Source: a virus
Virus record (IMG/VR): IMGVR_UViG_3300045988_162908
Direction: 5' to 3' (one strand)
Length of the DNA stretch: 64,000 nucleotides
This document shows positions 60,607 to 64,000 of the stretch, piece after piece. The notes beneath the pieces are model-generated. The model was not told the origin of the DNA, searched no databases, and was given only the letters and a program-made list of their open reading frames with translations. A program made the position numbers and the translations under genes. Positions within the stretch are counted from its first letter, which is position 1. Every line of letters begins with the position of its first letter.

Positions 60607-61599
60607 ATGAAAACAGAAACGAAAGAGACTCCTATAAAGGGAACATTGATTTACCAGCCGCAGGGTGCGGCTGGCGAATACGCAAAGTGGGCAATCAATC
60701 TCTATCATGGTTGCTCCAATGGTTGCACTTATTGCTATAATCGCAGAGGGGTACTGAGTCATGCCTTTGGCGACAAGCCAGAGTTAGCAGCACCTATCGT
60801 GAAAGCAAGAGATAAGTATCTTAATAGATATATGAAAAAAAATAATCTGACCGCACACGATGCTATTCCGCAAAAAGTTATTCGAGATACGACTGCTGTT
60901 GTTGCCCTAAATATTGTAGCTAAAGATATAAAAAGAATTGGGGAAGATGTAATTCGTGAAGACGGAGGAATTTTCTTTTCGTTTATTTGTGATCCGTTTG
61001 ATCCTGATACAGATATAGATATGCTGCGAATGATGGTTTTTGTATTCTTAGATCATCAAATTCCAGTTACAATACTTACCAAAAATATAGATTGGTTAGG
61101 AAACGGAAAATGGAAAGCTTTTTTGGAACCTGATACCTATTGTCCGGATGAAGATTTCCTTCGTTACCTCACCATCGGCTTTACTATCACCGGAAAAGAT
61201 AAGTTTGAGCCTGGCGCTCCTTCTACTAAGGAACGTATCGAAGCCCTGCGTAAGTTGCATGATGAATACAAGATTAAGACTTTCGTATCTTTGGAGCCGA
61301 TAACGGACCTCGATATAGCATTGGAAGTAATCAAGGAAACATCCAAGATTACGAATGAAATACGCCTCGGTGTTCAGTCGCCTATCAAAAAAGATAGATA
61401 TGACCCTAACGAGTTTACCGGTTTCGTTGTCTTGGTTAAAATCATGGCACGTAGTCTTGATTGCCGTTTCATGGTAAAGGAAAGCATGTATAAGCAGGCT
61501 GAAACTTTTGAAGGTGATGATAGAGATGTGTGTGTCGCGAAACTTGATGAAATAAGAAAGATTTATGAATCAAAGCAAACAGAAAATGATGAAAAGTAA
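60607..61599 (+). CDS. radical SAM protein
   Basis: CxxxCxxC cluster motif in YHGCSNGCTYCYN near the N-terminus. 330 aa. Confidence 0.75.
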   Translation: MKTETKETPIKGTLIYQPQGAAGEYAKWAINLYHGCSNGCTYCYNRRGVLSHAFGDKPELAAPIVKARDKYLNRYMKKNNLTAHDAIPQKVIRDTTAVVALNIVAKDIKRIGEDVIREDGGIFFSFICDPFDPDTDIDMLRMMVFVFLDHQIPVTILTKNIDWLGNGKWKAFLEPDTYCPDEDFLRYLTIGFTITGKDKFEPGAPSTKERIEALRKLHDEYKIKTFVSLEPITDLDIALEVIKETSKITNEIRLGVQSPIKKDRYDPNEFTGFVVLVKIMARSLDCRFMVKESMYKQAETFEGDDRDVCVAKLDEIRKIYESKQTENDEK

Positions 61600-62236
61600 A
61601 TTAAAATATTACGCCCAGTTTATCGGTATCAACCTGTTAGCGGCATTGATACCAGTCCTTGCCGTTATCCTTATTTATGGTATCGGCAATTTAAAGAATG
61701 CCTGCACCAATCCTTATGTTATATCGCAGGAGATATATGATTGTTGTCTATGGGCAACCATTGTAGTAATGACTGGCTTTTCCGTAGGCTTCTGGCTTCT
61801 TTCTTGGGCAGACAGATGGAGAAAGGCAAAGCTTAGTGCTCTAAAGATTAAAAGAGAGCACGAGGAATTAGGATTGCGTATCGAAATGAAAGTTGAGCCT
61901 ATCGAAGAGAGGGCAGGACAGAAGAATATGCCTGCATCTGCTGATTCCCAGTGGGAAGATGTTTCCGGGTTGACGGTTAAGGAGATTTATCATCTCTATC
62001 ACGGTCGTCAAGTTCTGATTACGACTGGTAAGGCGCAAGGAAATTTCGGTTATCTTGCTGGTTATAATAACGAAGGTTCTGTTCTCTACGTAGGTTTCAC
62101 TCAATACTACACAGGTTCTTACTTTCTGAATGAAATAAATACTATGCGTGATACGAATCCCGATGTCAGTCACGTAGAACCACAATATAAAAGCTACGTG
62201 AAGCTCATCCCAAGACTCGCCCGTATTCATAAGTAA
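61565..62236 (+). CDS. membrane protein with soluble C-terminal domain (223 aa; start may be 61586)
   Basis: Three hydrophobic helices, then a charged linker. Confidence 0.55.
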   Translation: MNQSKQKMMKSKLKYYAQFIGINLLAALIPVLAVILIYGIGNLKNACTNPYVISQEIYDCCLWATIVVMTGFSVGFWLLSWADRWRKAKLSALKIKREHEELGLRIEMKVEPIEERAGQKNMPASADSQWEDVSGLTVKEIYHLYHGRQVLITTGKAQGNFGYLAGYNNEGSVLYVGFTQYYTGSYFLNEINTMRDTNPDVSHVEPQYKSYVKLIPRLARIHK

Positions 62237-62298
62237 GAATCATAAAGCATAGATTATGACAACAGCAGAAGAGGCAAGAAAAGTAAAGCAAAATAGTT

Positions 62299-62880
62299 AT
62301 GGAAAAGATTTATTTGTTTGATGTTGATGGCTTGCTGCAGGTGCTGCAAGCCATCAAAGAGGAAAGACCGGTAGAGTATCGCCCATTGGAGGAACCTAAT
62401 TGGCGAGATTTCAACCCAGAGGAATACGATATTGATACGGAAAACTGCATATATCGTGTCAAGCCTTGTGAATATAGTGAATACGTGGGAAGTATTGCTA
62501 TACCTCCTGCGCTTATGCAGGAAGGTGTGATTTATTTTCTGAAAAACAAAGACCCTCGGAGTACTAAACAGAGTTTTGCTTGCGTAAAGGCTAACCTCTG
62601 GTATATAGATAAAAAGATATTGCTTCATTTTTTTTGGAGCGAAGACGGTGATTCAAAAAAGCTTTATGTTAGCGATCCGGATAGAAGAGTTAGCCGTAGC
62701 GAGAAAACAGATAATTTCGCTAATGAAATTATTCCTGATATAAATCTTGCTGATCCTAATAAAGCCGATATATATGTAGCTTCCATATCGCAAGTCAAGA
62801 TGTTAGAGTCAAGACTCCGAGATGTGGGTTATGAATTGAAGGACGGACAAATGAAAAGGATAGATGGGAACAAAGCGTAA
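62299..62880 (+). CDS. hypothetical protein (193 aa)
   Basis: Co-oriented ORF. Confidence 0.6.
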   Translation: MEKIYLFDVDGLLQVLQAIKEERPVEYRPLEEPNWRDFNPEEYDIDTENCIYRVKPCEYSEYVGSIAIPPALMQEGVIYFLKNKDPRSTKQSFACVKANLWYIDKKILLHFFWSEDGDSKKLYVSDPDRRVSRSEKTDNFANEIIPDINLADPNKADIYVASISQVKMLESRLRDVGYELKDGQMKRIDGNKA

Positions 62881-63460
62881 ACAAACGCCTCTTCTTACTA
62901 AGGAGCAGGTAACAGAGCCGCTCCTTCAGCAGCATTTGCGTTGCTGGAAATCGAACCCTAAGTACATTGTAGAAAATCTGTATGTGTTCGACTGGGAGAG
63001 CGATATGCTCATCAAGACCCGAAGCGGATATTGGTATGAAGTGGAATGCAAGATTTCACTCGCTGATTTCAAGAATGATTTCAAGCTGAAGTGGCGAAAG
63101 CATGACCTACTGAAGACGGGGGATGAAAAGCATCGCCGCCCGAACTACTTCTGCTATTGCGTACCATGGTACCTTAGTGACAAAGTACTTCCCCTCCTTC
63201 CGAGTTATGCCGGATTGATAGTGCTTACGGAGACTGGCAAGCTGAACGAGGTAAGGCGAGCTTCGCTCCTGCATACAGATAAGTACACCGACGAGGATTT
63301 GAAGTTGTGCAATAAGTTCTATTACGCCTATCGCAACTGGAAGGAGCGTGTGGAGGATCATCAGCCTACTAAGGAAATCAAGCGCCTGAAAGATGAGATT
63401 GCTTTCCTCAAGGCAGAATACAAGGCAGTAGCAGGGTGTGACATTCAGGATGCACTCTGA
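62864..63460 (+). CDS. PD-(D/E)xK nuclease, MmcB-like
   Basis: ..FDWESDMLIKTRSGYWYEVECKISLADFKNDF...PNYFCYCVP fits the D..ExK core and the K-x-S-x-x-D-F pattern of MmcB-type proteins. Confidence 0.6.
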   Translation: MGTKRKQTPLLTKEQVTEPLLQQHLRCWKSNPKYIVENLYVFDWESDMLIKTRSGYWYEVECKISLADFKNDFKLKWRKHDLLKTGDEKHRRPNYFCYCVPWYLSDKVLPLLPSYAGLIVLTETGKLNEVRRASLLHTDKYTDEDLKLCNKFYYAYRNWKERVEDHQPTKEIKRLKDEIAFLKAEYKAVAGCDIQDAL

Positions 63461-63599
63461 GTATGCCGAAAGTTAATATATTAATTAAATGTAGCATATA
63501 AATACAAATGGGTGGTAACGTGTAGTTCGTATTGACCTTTCAGACGAAAAATAGACAAGTATTAACCATCCCCTATGGGGTATAGAATAAGCAATAACA

Positions 63600-63896
63600 A
63601 TGGAAAGTAATATTGGAAAGAAGGTCATCATTCGTGGTGATAGAAGTGGAGTAGAGTTTGGTGAGCTTGTAGCATATAGTGGTAATGAGGTAACTCTGAA
63701 GAATGCTCGCCGTATCTGGTATTGGGACGGAGCTGCATCCTTGTCCCAGTTGGCGGTGGATGGAACAGAAAAACCTGAAACCTGCAAGTTCACGGTAGCA
63801 GTAAATAGCATTACCATTTTAGATGCCGTTGAGATTATTCCTTGCACCGAAAAGGCGATTAAATCTATCGAAGGGGTAACAGAATGGAAGTATTAG
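63600..63896 (+). CDS. hypothetical protein (98 aa)
   Basis: Co-oriented ORF. Confidence 0.55.
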   Translation: MESNIGKKVIIRGDRSGVEFGELVAYSGNEVTLKNARRIWYWDGAASLSQLAVDGTEKPETCKFTVAVNSITILDAVEIIPCTEKAIKSIEGVTEWKY

Positions 63897-64000
63897 AAGA
63901 TAAGATCAAGGAGTTCCTGGCTACCAACACTGTTATTTCGCGCGTGGGTTATGGCTTTGCATCTGGTGAAGGAACCGCTCTTAGCGGTTGTTCTGGCTAT
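63884..64000 (+). CDS. partial CDS running out of the window
   Basis: The ATG at 63884 overlaps the upstream stop. Open to the end (MEVLEDKIKEFLATNTVISRVGYGFASGEG..). Confidence 0.4.
   Translation, partial: MEVLEDKIKEFLATNTVISRVGYGFASGEGTALSGCSGY

Noticed and set aside
1-64000. Alternative genetic code (stop-codon reassignment, as in some large Prevotella-associated phages).
   Set aside because: Multi-kilobase ORFs are intact under the standard code. TAA, TAG and TGA all terminate well-supported genes: 6364-6366 TAA, 44073-44075 TAG, 40396-40398 TGA.
1-64000. tRNA, rRNA or tmRNA genes, and an integrase/attP.
   Set aside because: I found no T-loop/acceptor-type sequences and no tyrosine- or serine-recombinase motifs when reading the non-coding regions and ORF translations. 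A proper tRNA or HMM scan could still find something I missed.

Overview
This window reads as a 64-kb stretch of a large tailed dsDNA phage from a Bacteroidota host, with a plasmid-type maintenance module embedded in it. Host evidence: repeated TTTG-N20-TAnnTTTG promoters, almost no Shine-Dalgarno sequences, and lipoproteins with acidic residues after the lipobox Cys. Nearly all genes are on the + strand; only three are on the - strand.

Layout:
- 1-21.4 kb: late/virion module. It holds large structural genes, a 1859-aa fibre and a 933-aa fibre. A ketosynthase plus acyl carrier protein pair is inserted among the tail genes. A complete diversity-generating retroelement (VR, avd, TR, RT) targets the C-terminus of the 933-aa fibre. 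A putative lysis cassette follows.
- 21.5-25.4 kb: a lipoprotein moron, and an immunity-like switch (XRE repressor, divergent promoters, candidate sRNA, antirepressor-like gene).
- 25.4-26.4 kb: a long non-coding gap containing a GC-rich repeat island.
- 26.4-39.1 kb: about 40 small co-oriented genes of unknown function. Fifteen carry one ~30-bp element fused to the ATG, and six carry a different 5' hairpin element. Three copies of a structured intergenic element also occur here.
- 39.4-44.1 kb: a lipoprotein, centromere-like repeats, parA, an RHH parG-like gene, an iteron origin (8 copies of a 22-mer) and an initiator gene.
- 44.3-64 kb: regulation and DNA metabolism. This includes a second HTH switch, a DEDDh exonuclease, a primase/SF3-helicase-like giant gene, a sliding clamp, a GNAT, a radical SAM protein and a PD-(D/E)xK nuclease.

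Two short-period repeat families (GGTAAAAA arrays at 9 loci, ATGAGAA/ATGACAA arrays at 3 loci) punctuate gene ends outside the small-gene block. I saw no rRNA, tRNA, CRISPR array, integrase or transposase. All functional calls come from motif reading by eye; no searches were run.
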